Positions 1-12,120 of a DNA stretch of 64,000 nucleotides are shown in pieces. Position 1 is the stretch's first letter, and every line of letters begins with the position of its first letter. The notes under the pieces are model-generated. The model was not told where the DNA came from and did no database searches. It was given only the letters and a program-made list of their open reading frames with translations. Origin of the DNA: Devosia sp. (GTDB taxonomy: Bacteria > Pseudomonadota > Alphaproteobacteria > Rhizobiales > Devosiaceae); NCBI GenBank assembly GCA_051953275.1, contig JBQCIY010000056.1, positions 1,197 through 65,196 of the forward strand, written 5' to 3'. Made by a program: the position numbers and the translations under genes.

Positions 1-101
1 GGCGGGGTGAACGAGCTGGTGGCCGATGCCGATCCGCGCTGGCGGTTCGTGCTGAGCGAGGAGGTCGAGATGTATCGGGTGGTGTGGGTGGCGCAGGCGG
101 T

Positions 102-105
<4 letters not shown>
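1..105 (+). CDS. 3' end of an unidentified gene entering from the left edge
   Basis: Frame 1 is open (GGVNELVADADPRWRFVLSEEVEMYRVVWVAQAV) to TAG at 103-105, which overlaps the convergent stop of the ABC ATPase. Confidence 0.5.
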
Positions 106-1834
<1,729 letters not shown>

Positions 1835-1838
<4 letters not shown>

Positions 1839-2713
1839 CGGCGGCTCCGCTGCAGGCGCGGATCGAAGATGTCACGCAGCCCGTCGCCCACGAGGTTGAG
1901 GCCGAGCACGGTGAAGACGATGCAGAGGCCGGGAATCAGCGCGAGGTGCGGCGCGAGCGAAATCAGGGTTTGCGCGTCGGCCAGCATCTTGCCCCAGCTC
2001 GGGGTCGGCGGCTGGGCGCCGAGGCCGACGTAAGCGAGGGCGGCTTCGGCGAGGATGCCGAGCGAGAACTGGATGGTGATCTGCACCACCAGCGTGTTGA
2101 GGATGTTGGGCAGGATGTGCTCGAGCGAGATGCGGGTGGCGCCCTTGCCGGCGACGCGGGCGGCGAGGATGAAGTCGCGGGTCCACAGGCTCAGCGCCGC
2201 GGCGCGGGTGAGGCGGGCGAAGACCGGGATGTTGAAGATACCGATGGCGATGATGGCGTTGGTGGCGCTCGGCCCGAAGACCGAGGTGATGAGGATGGCG
2301 ATGAGGAGGGCGGGGAAGGCGAAGACGAGATCGTTCAGGCGCATGATGATCTCGTCGAGCAGGCTGCCGCGGCGGGCGGCGGCCCAGAGGCCGAGCGGCA
2401 CCCCGACACCGATGCCCAGCCCGACCGCGATCAGTGCGACCGAGATCGAGGTGCGGGCGCCGACGAGGATCTGCGAGAACACGTCGCGGCCGTACTGGTC
2501 GGTCCCGAACCAGTGCTCGGCGCTCAGCCCGCGCAACTTGTGCGGAATGTCCTGCGCGGCGAACGGGTAGGGCGTCCACACGAAGCTCAACAGCGCCATG
2601 GCGATGAAGAGCAGGGTGATCAGCGCGCCGATGACGAAGCTGGGCGAGCGCAGCGCGGTGCGCAGCAGGTTTTCGCGCGGGGCTTCGGCGGTGGCGGCGG
2701 CGGTCTCGCTCAT
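1835..2713 (-). CDS. Peptide ABC transporter permease (DppC-like)
   Basis: HWFGTDQYGRDVFS motif, EAA-loop region, hydrophobic helices. Start re-chosen at MSETAAA, overlapping the upstream stop. Confidence 0.92.
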
Positions 2714-3657
2714 CAGCGCCTCCGCAGCCGTGGGTCGACGAGGATGTAGCTCAGATCGACCAGGAAGTTGACGAGGATGACGGCGAAGACGAGCAGCATC
2801 ACGACCGACTTGACGACGATCAGGTCGCGCTGGGTGATGCCCTGGAAGATGAGGCGGCCGAGGCCGGGCAGAAAGAAGACGTTCTCGATGATGATGCCGC
2901 CGGCGAGCAGGAAGGCGAACTGCAGGCCGACGATGGTCAGCACCGGGATCAGCGCGTTGCGCACGGCGTGGCGCCAGAGGGTGGCGCTGCGGCTCAGCCC
3001 ATGGGCACGGGCGGTGCGGATGTAATCTTCCTCGAGGGTGTCGAGGAGCGACGACCGCATGACGCGCGCGAGGATCGAGGCCTGCGGCAGCGCGAGCGCG
3101 ATAGCGGGCAAGGTGAGGGCGCGCAGCCCGAGCCAGAAGCCGTGGTCCCACCCCGGAAAGCCGCCGGCGGTGAACCAGCGAAGGCTCACCGAAAAGACCA
3201 GGACCAGCAGCATCGCGAACCAGAAGTTGGGCACGGCGACGCCGAGCTGGGTGATGCCGGTGACGACGAGGTCGGTCTTCGAATTGCGCCGCGCGGCGGC
3301 GAGGATGCCGGCGGGGAAGGCGATGAGCATGGTGAGGAACAGCGAGATCAGGGCCAGCGGCAGCGATACGCCGAGGCGCTGCAGCACGAGCTCGGTCACC
3401 GGCGTGCGGTAGGTGTAGGAAATGCCGAGGTCGCCATGCAGCATGCCAAGGACCCAGGTGATGTAGCGGGTCCAGGCCGGGGCATTGAGGCCGAGCTGCT
3501 CGCGCAGCGCCGCCAGCGTATCGGGGCTGGCGTTGAGTCCGAGCATGAACTGCGCCGGATCGCCCGGCACCACCTCGAGCACGAGGAAGATGACGATGCT
3601 CGCGACGATCAGGCTGAGGAGCAGCGAGGCGAGGCGGCCGAGGAGGTAGGAGGACAT
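2713..3657 (-). CDS. Peptide ABC transporter permease (DppB-like)
   Basis: PGDPA, GDLGIS, DYIRTARAHG and C-terminal DPRLR motifs. Confidence 0.95.
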   Translation of the reverse strand: MSSYLLGRLASLLLSLIVASIVIFLVLEVVPGDPAQFMLGLNASPDTLAALREQLGLNAPAWTRYITWVLGMLHGDLGISYTYRTPVTELVLQRLGVSLPLALISLFLTMLIAFPAGILAAARRNSKTDLVVTGITQLGVAVPNFWFAMLLVLVFSVSLRWFTAGGFPGWDHGFWLGLRALTLPAIALALPQASILARVMRSSLLDTLEEDYIRTARAHGLSRSATLWRHAVRNALIPVLTIVGLQFAFLLAGGIIIENVFFLPGLGRLIFQGITQRDLIVVKSVVMLLVFAVILVNFLVDLSYILVDPRLRRR

Positions 3658-3730
3658 ACGGTCATTCAGTCATGGGCGGGGGCAGGGTGCAAGCGAGTTG
3701 CTGAAGGACGGAGGTCGTTGAGAGACCTCA

Positions 3731-3800
3731 CCCCTCACCCTAGCTCCGCTACGTCGCTTGGCTCCGAGCTGCGCTAGCCTCTCCCCTGAGGGGCGAGGGG
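3731..3800. repeat. REP-like intergenic palindromic element (CCCCTCACCC...CTCTCCCC-N-GGGGCGAGGGG type)
   Basis: GC-rich hairpin architecture shared with 5606-5673 and partly with 34639-34664. Confidence 0.6.
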
Positions 3801-3873
3801 GCGCCGACTGCGGAGTTGCGCAGGCGGGCACCCCCACCGCGGCCTTGCCGCGGGGAGGTGCGCTGATCGGGAC

Positions 3874-5364
3874 TTACTGGGCCCAGGACATTTCGCTGAT
3901 TTCGACGGCGGGGATGGGGGCGTTCTTCCAGAGGCCCTGCACGTCCTTGTTGGCGACGACGATGTTGGGATATTCGAACAGGAAGCCGGCCGCGAAGTCG
4001 TTGGCGAGCTGCTTCTGGGCGTCCTGCAGGAGGCTCTTGCGCTTGTCCGGATCGGTCGCGTTGTTGAGGTCGGCCATGATCTTGTCGAACGCGTCCGAGT
4101 GGTAGTTGAAGTAGTAGCCGGGCTTGGCGAAGACACCGATATCGTTGGGCTCGACGTGGCTGACGATCGACAGGTCGTAGTCCTTGTTGGTGAAGACGTT
4201 CTGCAGCCAGTCGGCCCACTCGACATTGGTGATGTCGACCTTGATGCCGACGTCGGCGAGCTCCTGCTGGATGATCGGACCGGCGGCGCGGGCGTAGGAC
4301 GCCGGCGGCAGCTTGAGCGAGAGGTCGAGGTTCTTGACCCCGGCATCGGCGAGCAGCTGCTTGGACTTGGCCGGATCGAAGTTCGAGATCGAGGTCAGGT
4401 CGACATAGGCCGGATCGCCCGGCGGGAAGAACGAGCCGATGGGCGTGCCGAGGCCGAACATGGCGCCGTCGATGATCGCCTTGCGGTCGATCGCGTGGGC
4501 GATGGCCTCGCGCACCTTGATGTTGTCGAGCGGGGCCTTGCCGTTGTTCATGGCGAGCACCGTTTCACCCTCGGTGGTGCCGACATTGACGACGAAGCGC
4601 GGGTCGTTGCGGAACTGGTCGAGGGATTCGGGCGAGGGGAATTCCGGGCTCACGTCGACGTCGCCGGCGAGCAGCGCGGCAGTCGCGGCGGGCGGGTCGG
4701 CGATGAACTTGAAGGTCGCCTTGTCGAGCTTTGGCGCCGTGCCCCAGTAGCTGTCGTTCCTCACCAGATCGATGTGGTCGCCCTTGACCCAGGTGCCGAG
4801 CTTGTAGGGGCCGGTGCCGACCGGAGCGGTGCCGTTGGTGGCGGCGGTCTTCTGCGAGACGATCACCGCGTCGCCCCAGCCCATGTCGTAGAGGAAATCG
4901 CCCTGCGGGCCCGAAAGGGTGACCTTGACGGTCGTGGGGTCGACGACGTCGACCGAGGCGATCTTGGCGAAGAGCTGCTTCTGAGCGTTGACCGACTTGT
5001 CGCCGCGGGCGGTATCGAGCGAGTATTTCACGTCGTCGGCGGTGAACGGCGTGCCGTCGGAGAACTTCACACCCGACTGCAGATGGAAGGTGTAGGTGAG
5101 ACCGTCTGGCGAGATGTCCCAGTTCTTGGCGAGGAGCGGCTGCACGTTGCCGTCCTTGTCGATGCGGGTCAGGCCTTCGAAGATGTTGCCGTAGGTGACT
5201 TCGCGGATGGCGGCGGCGGCGCCGCCGGTGGTGGGATCGAGGCTGGGGGGCTCGAGCTGGAGCGAGATGTTGATGTCGGTGCGCGCGGCGGCATAGGCCG
5301 GCGTCAGCGCCGTGGCCGAGATGAGTGCGCCGGCAATGGCCAGCAGAACCAGTGAGTTGCGCAT
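3874..5364 (-). CDS. Peptide ABC transporter substrate-binding protein (SBP family 5)
   Basis: Signal peptide MRNSLVLLAIAGALISA; YTFHLQSGVKFSDG and PVGTGPY motifs. Start re-chosen. Confidence 0.93.
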   Translation of the reverse strand: MRNSLVLLAIAGALISATALTPAYAAARTDINISLQLEPPSLDPTTGGAAAAIREVTYGNIFEGLTRIDKDGNVQPLLAKNWDISPDGLTYTFHLQSGVKFSDGTPFTADDVKYSLDTARGDKSVNAQKQLFAKIASVDVVDPTTVKVTLSGPQGDFLYDMGWGDAVIVSQKTAATNGTAPVGTGPYKLGTWVKGDHIDLVRNDSYWGTAPKLDKATFKFIADPPAATAALLAGDVDVSPEFPSPESLDQFRNDPRFVVNVGTTEGETVLAMNNGKAPLDNIKVREAIAHAIDRKAIIDGAMFGLGTPIGSFFPPGDPAYVDLTSISNFDPAKSKQLLADAGVKNLDLSLKLPPASYARAAGPIIQQELADVGIKVDITNVEWADWLQNVFTNKDYDLSIVSHVEPNDIGVFAKPGYYFNYHSDAFDKIMADLNNATDPDKRKSLLQDAQKQLANDFAAGFLFEYPNIVVANKDVQGLWKNAPIPAVEISEMSWAQ

Positions 5365-5501
5365 AAGCGTCCCTTCCCGTGAACGGCCGCCTGCTGCGGC
5401 CTTGGGGGCGACTGTAGGACGATTTTGCGCGAGCACAAATGGGGTTTGGGGAGAGAAAAGTGCGTCCACCGGGCTACGGACGAACGAGATTGTCCAAACG
5501 C

Positions 5502-5583
5502 CATTCCCGCGACAGCGGGACTCCAGGCTGAGTGCGCGGACGTCCGAAAGCCTGGTCTGGGTTCCGGCTGTCGCGGGAATGAC
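5502..5583. repeat. Inverted pair of REP-like palindromes (GTCATTCCCGCGACAGC[C/G]GGA type)
   Basis: CATTCCCGCGACAGCGGGACTCCA at about 5502-5525 and an inverted copy TGGGTTCCGGCTGTCGCGGGAATGAC at about 5558-5583. Confidence 0.7.
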
Positions 5584-5605
5584 GTCGTGGGTTATTGCGG
5601 CCAAC

Positions 5606-5673
5606 CCCCACCCGGCTTGCCAAACCCTCGCGTTGCGAGGGCAAGCGCGCCGCCCTCCCCACGCGGAGGAGGG
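5606..5673. repeat. REP-like palindromic element, same architecture as 3731-3800
   Basis: CCCCCACCC, internal hairpin CCCTCGC-GTT-GCGAGGG, then CCCTCCCCACGCGGAGGAGGG. Confidence 0.55.
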
Positions 5674-5699
5674 AAAACAGGAGCCGGTGCCCGCGTGAG

Positions 5700-6974
5700 C
5701 TATTGCACGTGCAGCAGGTCGGCCAATGCGAGGGCCATGACTTTGGCGGAATCGAGCATGTCGTCGATGCCGACATATTCGTCGGGCTGGTGGGCGAGAT
5801 CGAGGATGCCGGGGCCGTAGGCGATGCAGTCGTGGAGGCGCCCGATGCGATCGATGTGCTTCTGGTCGTAGGTGCCGGGGGAAACGACGTAGTCGGGCGC
5901 AAGGCCGAGGACTTCGGTGATCGCCTTGTCGACGGCGCGGACGACGGGGGCGGCCTTGTCGGTCATGGTCGGCGGAATGGTCCAGAGGTCGCGCAATTCG
6001 TACGAGAAGCCGGGGCGGGTGGCCTTGAGCCTTTCGAGGAGATCGAGGACCTCCTGCCGCACCGCATCGGGCTTTTCTTCAATGAGGTAGCGGCGATCGA
6101 TGACGATGCGCGCCGAGTGCGCGACGACCGGAGCGGGAAAGCCGGTGTAGCCCGCTTCGGGCTCGGGCTGGCCGCCGTGGATCGAATTGATGTTGAGCGT
6201 GGATTGACGGGCGAGCGGGGGCACCACGGGCATGGCGGTGGTGCGACTCGCGAGCGCCGGGTAGAGGCTCGTTTCGATTTCGCCGAGCAGGGCCGCCATG
6301 TGGCGGATGGCGCTGTCGCCGAGAAACGGCATGGAGCCGTGGGCAATGCGGCCGTGGGTTTCGATCTCGGCCCACCAGACGCCGCGATGGCCGAGGCAAA
6401 TGCGGTTCTTGTTGAGCGGCTCGGGGATGATGACGTGCTGCACGCGGCTCGGCGAGAACCAGCCCTTTTCCGCGAGGTAGGCGACGCCGCCATAGCCGCC
6501 GGTCTCTTCGTCGGCGGTGGCGGAGATTTCGATGGCGCCGGCAAAATCGGGGTGCGTGTCGATGAAGGCTTCGGCCGCGACGATGGAGGCGGCGAGGCCG
6601 CCCTTCATGTCGCAGGCGCCGCGGCCATAGACCTTGCCGTCCTTTACCTCGCCGCCGAACGGATCGACGGTCCAGCCGCGGCCGACCTCGACGACGTCGT
6701 GGTGCGAGTTGAAGTGGACGGTATCGCCGCCGGACTTGCCGGGGCGGCGGGCGACGAGGTTCCAGCGTGGGTGCCTGTCGACATCGCCGATGGCCCCTTC
6801 GGCGCGGATAAGCTCGATCTCAGGGAAACGCGGCCGCAGGCGGCGCTGCACGAATTCGCAGATCTCGCGATAGTGGTCGCCGGGCGGGTTGACGGTGGGG
6901 ATGCGGATGAGGTCGGCGGTGAGGGCGACAAGGTCGTCGCGGCGGCGGTCGATGGCGTCGGTGAGGGCAGTCAT
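5700..6974 (-). CDS. M20 family metallopeptidase (ArgE/DapE-like)
   Basis: FNSHHDVV, GRGACDMKGG, ADEETGG and AHQPDE metal-binding motifs. Confidence 0.93.
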   Translation of the reverse strand: MTALTDAIDRRRDDLVALTADLIRIPTVNPPGDHYREICEFVQRRLRPRFPEIELIRAEGAIGDVDRHPRWNLVARRPGKSGGDTVHFNSHHDVVEVGRGWTVDPFGGEVKDGKVYGRGACDMKGGLAASIVAAEAFIDTHPDFAGAIEISATADEETGGYGGVAYLAEKGWFSPSRVQHVIIPEPLNKNRICLGHRGVWWAEIETHGRIAHGSMPFLGDSAIRHMAALLGEIETSLYPALASRTTAMPVVPPLARQSTLNINSIHGGQPEPEAGYTGFPAPVVAHSARIVIDRRYLIEEKPDAVRQEVLDLLERLKATRPGFSYELRDLWTIPPTMTDKAAPVVRAVDKAITEVLGLAPDYVVSPGTYDQKHIDRIGRLHDCIAYGPGILDLAHQPDEYVGIDDMLDSAKVMALALADLLHVQ

Positions 6975-7005
6975 GCTGCCATGGTGACGGCAGGGCCCGG
7001 CGAAA

Positions 7006-8556
7006 TCAACCGGCCTGCGCGACCTGGGTCAGGACGCGCTCGAGGTCGCCCTGGAAGAACGGCTTGCTCAGCCGCGGGATCGACTGGTCGGCGCCGGCGG
7101 GGAGCTCGGCGTAGCCGGTGGCGAGGACGACCTTGAGCTCCGGGCGTCTCTTCCTGGCCTGCTCGATCAGCTCCAAGCCGGTCATCTGGGGCATGGCCTG
7201 GTCAGTGATCATCAGATCGAGATCGGACGCCCTGTCGAGGGCTTCGAGCGCCTGGGTGCCGGAATGCACCTCGACGACACGATGACCGAGGTCTTCGAGC
7301 ATGGCCGAGGTGTTCATGGCGACGAGGAAATCGTCGTCGACGACAAGGATGCTGAGCGGGCGGTCTTCTTCAGGCTCGGCGGGGGCAGGCGGTTGAGCCG
7401 GCTCGGCGGTTTCGCCGGCCGTCGCCGAGGTGACCGGCAGCCACAGATGCACCGTGGTGCCCTGGCCCAGGGCGCTTTCGATGGTGATGGAGCCACCGGA
7501 CTGTTCGGTCAGGCCGCGCACCATGGCGAGCCCGAGCCCTGTGCCCTTGCCGACGCCCTTGGTGGTGAAGAAGGGCTCGGTGGCATGGGCCAGGGTGCCC
7601 TCGTCCATGCCGGTCCCGGTATCGCTCAACGACAGGCGGATATAGCGGCCCGGCCGCAGGCTGGCCTGGGGCGGCGGCTCGGCCTCATCGGCGGAGATGG
7701 TCAGCGTGCCGCCCTGGGGCATGGCATCCTTGGCGTTGACCGCCAGATTGAGGATTGCGAGCTCGAGCTGGTTGGCATCGACCAGCACCGGGCTCATCGG
7801 TCCGGTCAGGTAGGTTTCCATCTGGATGGTGGGACCCAGGGACCGGGAGAGGAGCTCGGTCATGTTGCCAACCAACTGGCTGACATCGACGGTGTCGGCC
7901 TTCAGCTCCTGGCGGCGGGCGAAGGCGAGCATGCGCTGGGTCAACGAGGCGCCGCGCTGGGCGCCCTGCATGGCATTGTCGATGAGCCGGTGCAGCCTGG
8001 GATCGTCGGGGATGCGCTTGCGCAACAGCTCGAGGCTGCCGGTGATGGCCATCAGCAGGTTGTTGAAGTCGTGGGCGACGCCCCCGGTCAGGCGACCGAT
8101 GGCCTCCATTTTCTGGCTCTGCAGCAGCTCTTCGCGCGCCTGGGCGAGGGCGATGGCCGCTTCGCGGCGTTCGGTCAGATCGCGGGTGATCTTGGCAAAG
8201 CCGAGCAGTTCGCCATGCTCGTCGCGGATGGGGTCGATGATCACGTGGGCCCAGAAGCGGGTGCCGTCCTTGCGGACACGCCAGCCTTCGTGCTCGAACC
8301 GGCCTTCGGTGGCGGCGCCCTTCAGGGCCCTGGCCGGCAGGTTGGTCGCCTTGTCCTCTTCGGTATAGAAGCGGGAGAAGTGCTGACCAAGGATCTCGTC
8401 GGCCGTATAGCCCTTGAAGCGTTGCGCGCCCGGGTTCCAGCTCACGATGTAGCCGTCCGGATCGAGCATATAGATGGCGTAATCGGCAATCGCATCAATC
8501 AAAAGACGGTAGCGATCGCCTTCGCTGATGGCCGGTCTAGACTTCACGTCGTCCAT
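7006..8556 (-). CDS. Cytoplasmic PAS-domain hybrid sensor histidine kinase/response regulator
   Basis: PAS (SWNPGAQRFKGY), H-box GGVAHDFNN, PFFTTKGVGKGTGLGL, C-terminal receiver (VVDDD, ITDQAMP, KPF). Confidence 0.93.
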   Translation of the reverse strand: MDDVKSRPAISEGDRYRLLIDAIADYAIYMLDPDGYIVSWNPGAQRFKGYTADEILGQHFSRFYTEEDKATNLPARALKGAATEGRFEHEGWRVRKDGTRFWAHVIIDPIRDEHGELLGFAKITRDLTERREAAIALAQAREELLQSQKMEAIGRLTGGVAHDFNNLLMAITGSLELLRKRIPDDPRLHRLIDNAMQGAQRGASLTQRMLAFARRQELKADTVDVSQLVGNMTELLSRSLGPTIQMETYLTGPMSPVLVDANQLELAILNLAVNAKDAMPQGGTLTISADEAEPPPQASLRPGRYIRLSLSDTGTGMDEGTLAHATEPFFTTKGVGKGTGLGLAMVRGLTEQSGGSITIESALGQGTTVHLWLPVTSATAGETAEPAQPPAPAEPEEDRPLSILVVDDDFLVAMNTSAMLEDLGHRVVEVHSGTQALEALDRASDLDLMITDQAMPQMTGLELIEQARKRRPELKVVLATGYAELPAGADQSIPRLSKPFFQGDLERVLTQVAQAG

Positions 8557-8676
8557 TGGTCCCCCGCTGCACACTATGCAGCTTCAACTCAGAACTTGGC
8601 CAGCGCGATTTGGTTGCAGCGCAGAGCAGCGATTTCTGCAACCGCGGCGGGGTATTGCGGCCGAGAATGCCGTTTT

Positions 8677-9984
8677 TCAGGCGTGCTGCGGCAGCTCCTT
8701 GCCGAGGCGGTGGCCGGGCCGGGCGGAACGACTTTCGCCGGGGGCGGCGCCTTCGAACCTGAGGCGGTCGGCCATGACGTAGCGGGAGAGGACGTACCAG
8801 GCGATGACGGCGGTGACGATCTCGACCGCGTAGTAGGAGCCGAAAGCGCCAAAAACCCCGAAATTCAGCGTGATCACGGCGACGAGGCCGGCCGAGACGA
8901 GGTTGGCGCTGTTGAACACCATGGCGCGGACGCCCTGTTTGCCGGCGGCGCCGAAGACCTCGAGGATGACGCCGCTGACCGCCGCCGGAACGATGACGAA
9001 GCAGATGGCGCGGGTGAAGCCGACCATCGAGATGTACTGGTGGCCGAACAGGATCGGCATCAGCGGGGAGAGGACGAAGACGGTCAGCGAGACGGCGACG
9101 GCGATGCCGACGGCGGCCATCAGGACCTTCACCAGCCGCGGATAGGCGACGTGGAAGCCGTGGACGAGGATGCGCGCCGAGCCGGGATAGATCAGGCGGT
9201 TGAGCGCCTCGATCGACATGTAGGAGGAATCGAGGATGCGGCGGGCCACGCCGTAGCTGCCGACGATCTCGGGGCTGGCGATCATGCTCAGCACGACGAG
9301 GTCGGTGTTCTGCCGCAGGGCGCGGAAGATGAACTGGGTGGAGAAGAGGGCACCGATGGGGATCTCCTCGCGCACGATGCGCCAGGCCGGGCGGCCGATG
9401 CGCCACATCATATAGAGATAGGCCAGCGTGAGCAGCGTGTGCGAGCCGAACATCCAGATCGCCCATTGGTCGACGGTCTTGACGCCGAAGACCAGGCAGC
9501 CGAGCAGCGTGGTCAGCATCCGCATCAGCGCGAACCCGATCTCCATGCCGTTGGCGACCTTGAAGTTGGAGTGGGCGACGTAGGCGGCGGTGGCGACGCC
9601 GATGATCTTGACCAGAAGGATGTTGGTGATGAGCAGGAACACAATCGAGGTCAGGGTCGGCATCTGCTCGGAGGGCAGCGCGAGCAGCAACGGCACGGCG
9701 CCGATGCCGATGAGGATCAACGCAATGCCGGTGCCGACGGTCAGCAGCATCGTGTGCCCGAACATGGTCGGGTAGAACGAGAGTTCACGCGCGACGCGCC
9801 GGACCAGCGATTCCTGGCTGCCGATGCCACAAATCTGGGTGCCGATGTTGGTGAAGGCGCTGATGGTGATGTAGACGGCGAACTGCGACGTGCCGAGGGT
9901 ACGGGCCAGCACGGCGAAGGTGATGAGCTGGGCGGCGGCGGAGAGCAGGAGGCTCAGGCCCGAGGCCGCGTAGGACAGGCCCAT
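8677..9984 (-). CDS. Wzx-like polysaccharide flippase
   Basis: Many hydrophobic segments, LARTLG..QFA N-terminal pattern, polysaccharide gene context. Start uncertain. Confidence 0.75.
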   Translation of the reverse strand: MGLSYAASGLSLLLSAAAQLITFAVLARTLGTSQFAVYITISAFTNIGTQICGIGSQESLVRRVARELSFYPTMFGHTMLLTVGTGIALILIGIGAVPLLLALPSEQMPTLTSIVFLLITNILLVKIIGVATAAYVAHSNFKVANGMEIGFALMRMLTTLLGCLVFGVKTVDQWAIWMFGSHTLLTLAYLYMMWRIGRPAWRIVREEIPIGALFSTQFIFRALRQNTDLVVLSMIASPEIVGSYGVARRILDSSYMSIEALNRLIYPGSARILVHGFHVAYPRLVKVLMAAVGIAVAVSLTVFVLSPLMPILFGHQYISMVGFTRAICFVIVPAAVSGVILEVFGAAGKQGVRAMVFNSANLVSAGLVAVITLNFGVFGAFGSYYAVEIVTAVIAWYVLSRYVMADRLRFEGAAPGESRSARPGHRLGKELPQHA

Positions 9985-10277
9985 CGGCAATCCGCGCTTG
10001 ATCAAACCAATCACAACCAACTCCAGCCGCTCACCCTGGCGAGTCCCGCAACGGGGTACTTGGCACAACCTGGCGGCAAATGCGGCTCACAACGACGGTT
10101 GAGGTTAATTTCCCGACCAAAACGGCAAGGGCGGCCATTGCCTTAACGGTCTTTCTTAAGCCTAGGAGACAAAGGTGCTTCCGATGCACGTCGATTGCAC
10201 TATGGATGACTGCGCGGCACCCGGTCCTTCGGGTCGCTAGAATTTTATTCAAATCTAGCCAATAAGGAACTGAGATC

Positions 10278-11345
10278 GTGGGGAAGACGGCACTCATCAC
10301 CGGCGTCACCGGACAGGACGGAGCCTACCTGTCGCGGCTGCTGCTCGAGAAGGGCTATACGGTGCATGGCCTCAAGCGGCGTTCGTCGTCGTTCAACACC
10401 GGGCGCATCGAGGACATCTACCAGGACCCGCATGAGGGGGACGCCCGGTTCACGCTGCACTACGGCGACATGACGGATGCGACCAACCTGATCCGCATCG
10501 TGCAGGAGACCCAGCCGGACGAGATCTACAACCTCGCGGCGCAAAGCCACGTGCAGGTGTCGTTCGAGACGCCGGAGTATACAGCGAACGCCGACGGGCT
10601 CGGGACGCTGCGCCTGCTGGAGGCGATCCGCATCCTGGGGCTCGAGAAGAAGACGCGGTTCTACCAGGCCTCGACCTCGGAGCTCTATGGTCTCGTGCAG
10701 GCGGTGCCGCAGACCGAGACGACGCCGTTCTATCCGCGCTCGCCCTATGCGGCGGCCAAACTTTACGCCTACTGGATCGTGGTCAACTACCGCGAAGCCT
10801 ATGGGCTGCATGCCAGCAACGGCATCCTGTTCAACCATGAGAGCCCGCTGCGGGGCGAGACGTTCGTGACGCGCAAGATCACCCGGGCGGCGGCGGCCAT
10901 CATGCTCAAGCGGCAGGAAAAGCTATACCTGGGCAATCTCGATGCGGAGCGCGACTGGGGCCATGCGCGCGACTATGTGCGCGGCATGTGGATGATGCTG
11001 CAGCAGGACAAGGCGGACGACTACGTGCTGGCGACCGGCAAGACGACCTCGGTCCGGCAGTTCGTCGAATGGGCCTTCGCCGACGCCGGCATGCCGATCG
11101 TCTGGCGCGGCGAGGGCATAGAGGAAAAGGGCTACGACCAGCGGACGGGCAGGGTGCTGATCGAGATCGATCCGCGCTACTTCCGCCCGACGGAAGTCGA
11201 GCAGCTCCTGGGCGACGCGCGCAAGGCGCACGAGGTGCTCGGCTGGTCGCACCAGACGCCGGTGCGCGAGCTGGTGAGCGAGATGGTGCGGGCAGACATC
11301 GAGGCGCTGGGCAACGAGTCGCTGCCGCTGATGCTGTCGGCCTGA
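10278..11345 (+). CDS. gmd: GDP-mannose 4,6-dehydratase
   Basis: [47 protein letters not shown]. Confidence 0.97.
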   Translation: MGKTALITGVTGQDGAYLSRLLLEKGYTVHGLKRRSSSFNTGRIEDIYQDPHEGDARFTLHYGDMTDATNLIRIVQETQPDEIYNLAAQSHVQVSFETPEYTANADGLGTLRLLEAIRILGLEKKTRFYQASTSELYGLVQAVPQTETTPFYPRSPYAAAKLYAYWIVVNYREAYGLHASNGILFNHESPLRGETFVTRKITRAAAAIMLKRQEKLYLGNLDAERDWGHARDYVRGMWMMLQQDKADDYVLATGKTTSVRQFVEWAFADAGMPIVWRGEGIEEKGYDQRTGRVLIEIDPRYFRPTEVEQLLGDARKAHEVLGWSHQTPVRELVSEMVRADIEALGNESLPLMLSA

Positions 11346-11364
11346 TGGGACGAGCGAGGAGCAG

Positions 11365-12120
11365 ATGAGCGCATTTGCGCGCTACGACGTGGTGGGTACC
11401 GAGGTGAGCGCGGTCTCGATGCGCGCGCTCATCGAGACGGTCGCCGGCTGGCGCGGCGATGGGCAGGTGCATCATGTGTGCTTTGCCGACGTGAACTCGG
11501 TGATCCAGGCGCGGGACAATCCGGCGATGCGTTCGGCCCTGGCGGCGGCCGACGTGGTGTCGCCGGACGGCACGCCGCTGATGCTGGTGGGCCGGCTGCT
11601 GCACGGCCGTACGGTGAGCAAGACGAGCGGGCCGGACTTCCTCGAGGCGTTCTGTGCGGCGACGGCAAAGACCGGCACGCGCCACTTCTTCCTCGGCGGC
11701 GGCCCGGGCGTTGCGGCGTCGCTCGCAAGCCAGCTGGCCGAGCGGTATCCGGGGCTGGTGGTGGCGGGGAGCTATTCGCCGCCGCGCTTTCCGCTGAGCG
11801 AGGCGCAGAACGACGAGATGCTCGGCTTCATCGAGGCCGCCAAGGCCGATGTGGTGTGGGTGGGGCTGGGCGCACCGAAGCAGGAAATCTGGATGGCCCA
11901 GAACCGGCACAGGCTCAACGGGCTGACGATGCTGGGCGTCGGCGCGGCGTTCGATTTTTCGGCCGGGCGGGTGAAGCGCGCGCCGCTGTGGATGCAAAAG
12001 AGCGGGACCGAGTGGCTGTATCGGATCAGCCAGGAGCCGAAGCGGCTGCTCGGCCGGTACGCCTCGACCATCCCGCGCTTCCTGACGCTGGTGCTGCTGC
12101 AGATGGTGCGGCTGGGATGA
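11365..12120 (+). CDS. WecB/TagA/CpsF family glycosyltransferase (GT26)
   Basis: PDGTP, VWVGLGAPKQE, GVGAAFDF, EWLYRISQEPKRL. Confidence 0.93.
   Translation: MSAFARYDVVGTEVSAVSMRALIETVAGWRGDGQVHHVCFADVNSVIQARDNPAMRSALAAADVVSPDGTPLMLVGRLLHGRTVSKTSGPDFLEAFCAATAKTGTRHFFLGGGPGVAASLASQLAERYPGLVVAGSYSPPRFPLSEAQNDEMLGFIEAAKADVVWVGLGAPKQEIWMAQNRHRLNGLTMLGVGAAFDFSAGRVKRAPLWMQKSGTEWLYRISQEPKRLLGRYASTIPRFLTLVLLQMVRLG

Noticed and set aside
5365-5604. Long N-terminal extension of the substrate-binding protein
   Set aside because: It runs through REP-like palindromes. The signal peptide and SD fit a start at 5364.
7264-10146. 960-aa plus-strand ORF
   Set aside because: Antisense to the hybrid kinase and flippase, with no recognisable motifs.
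11478-12116. N-terminal extension of the 612-aa glycosyltransferase ORF
   Set aside because: It overlaps the WecB/TagA gene in another frame. The ATG at 12117 with ATGA coupling is more plausible.
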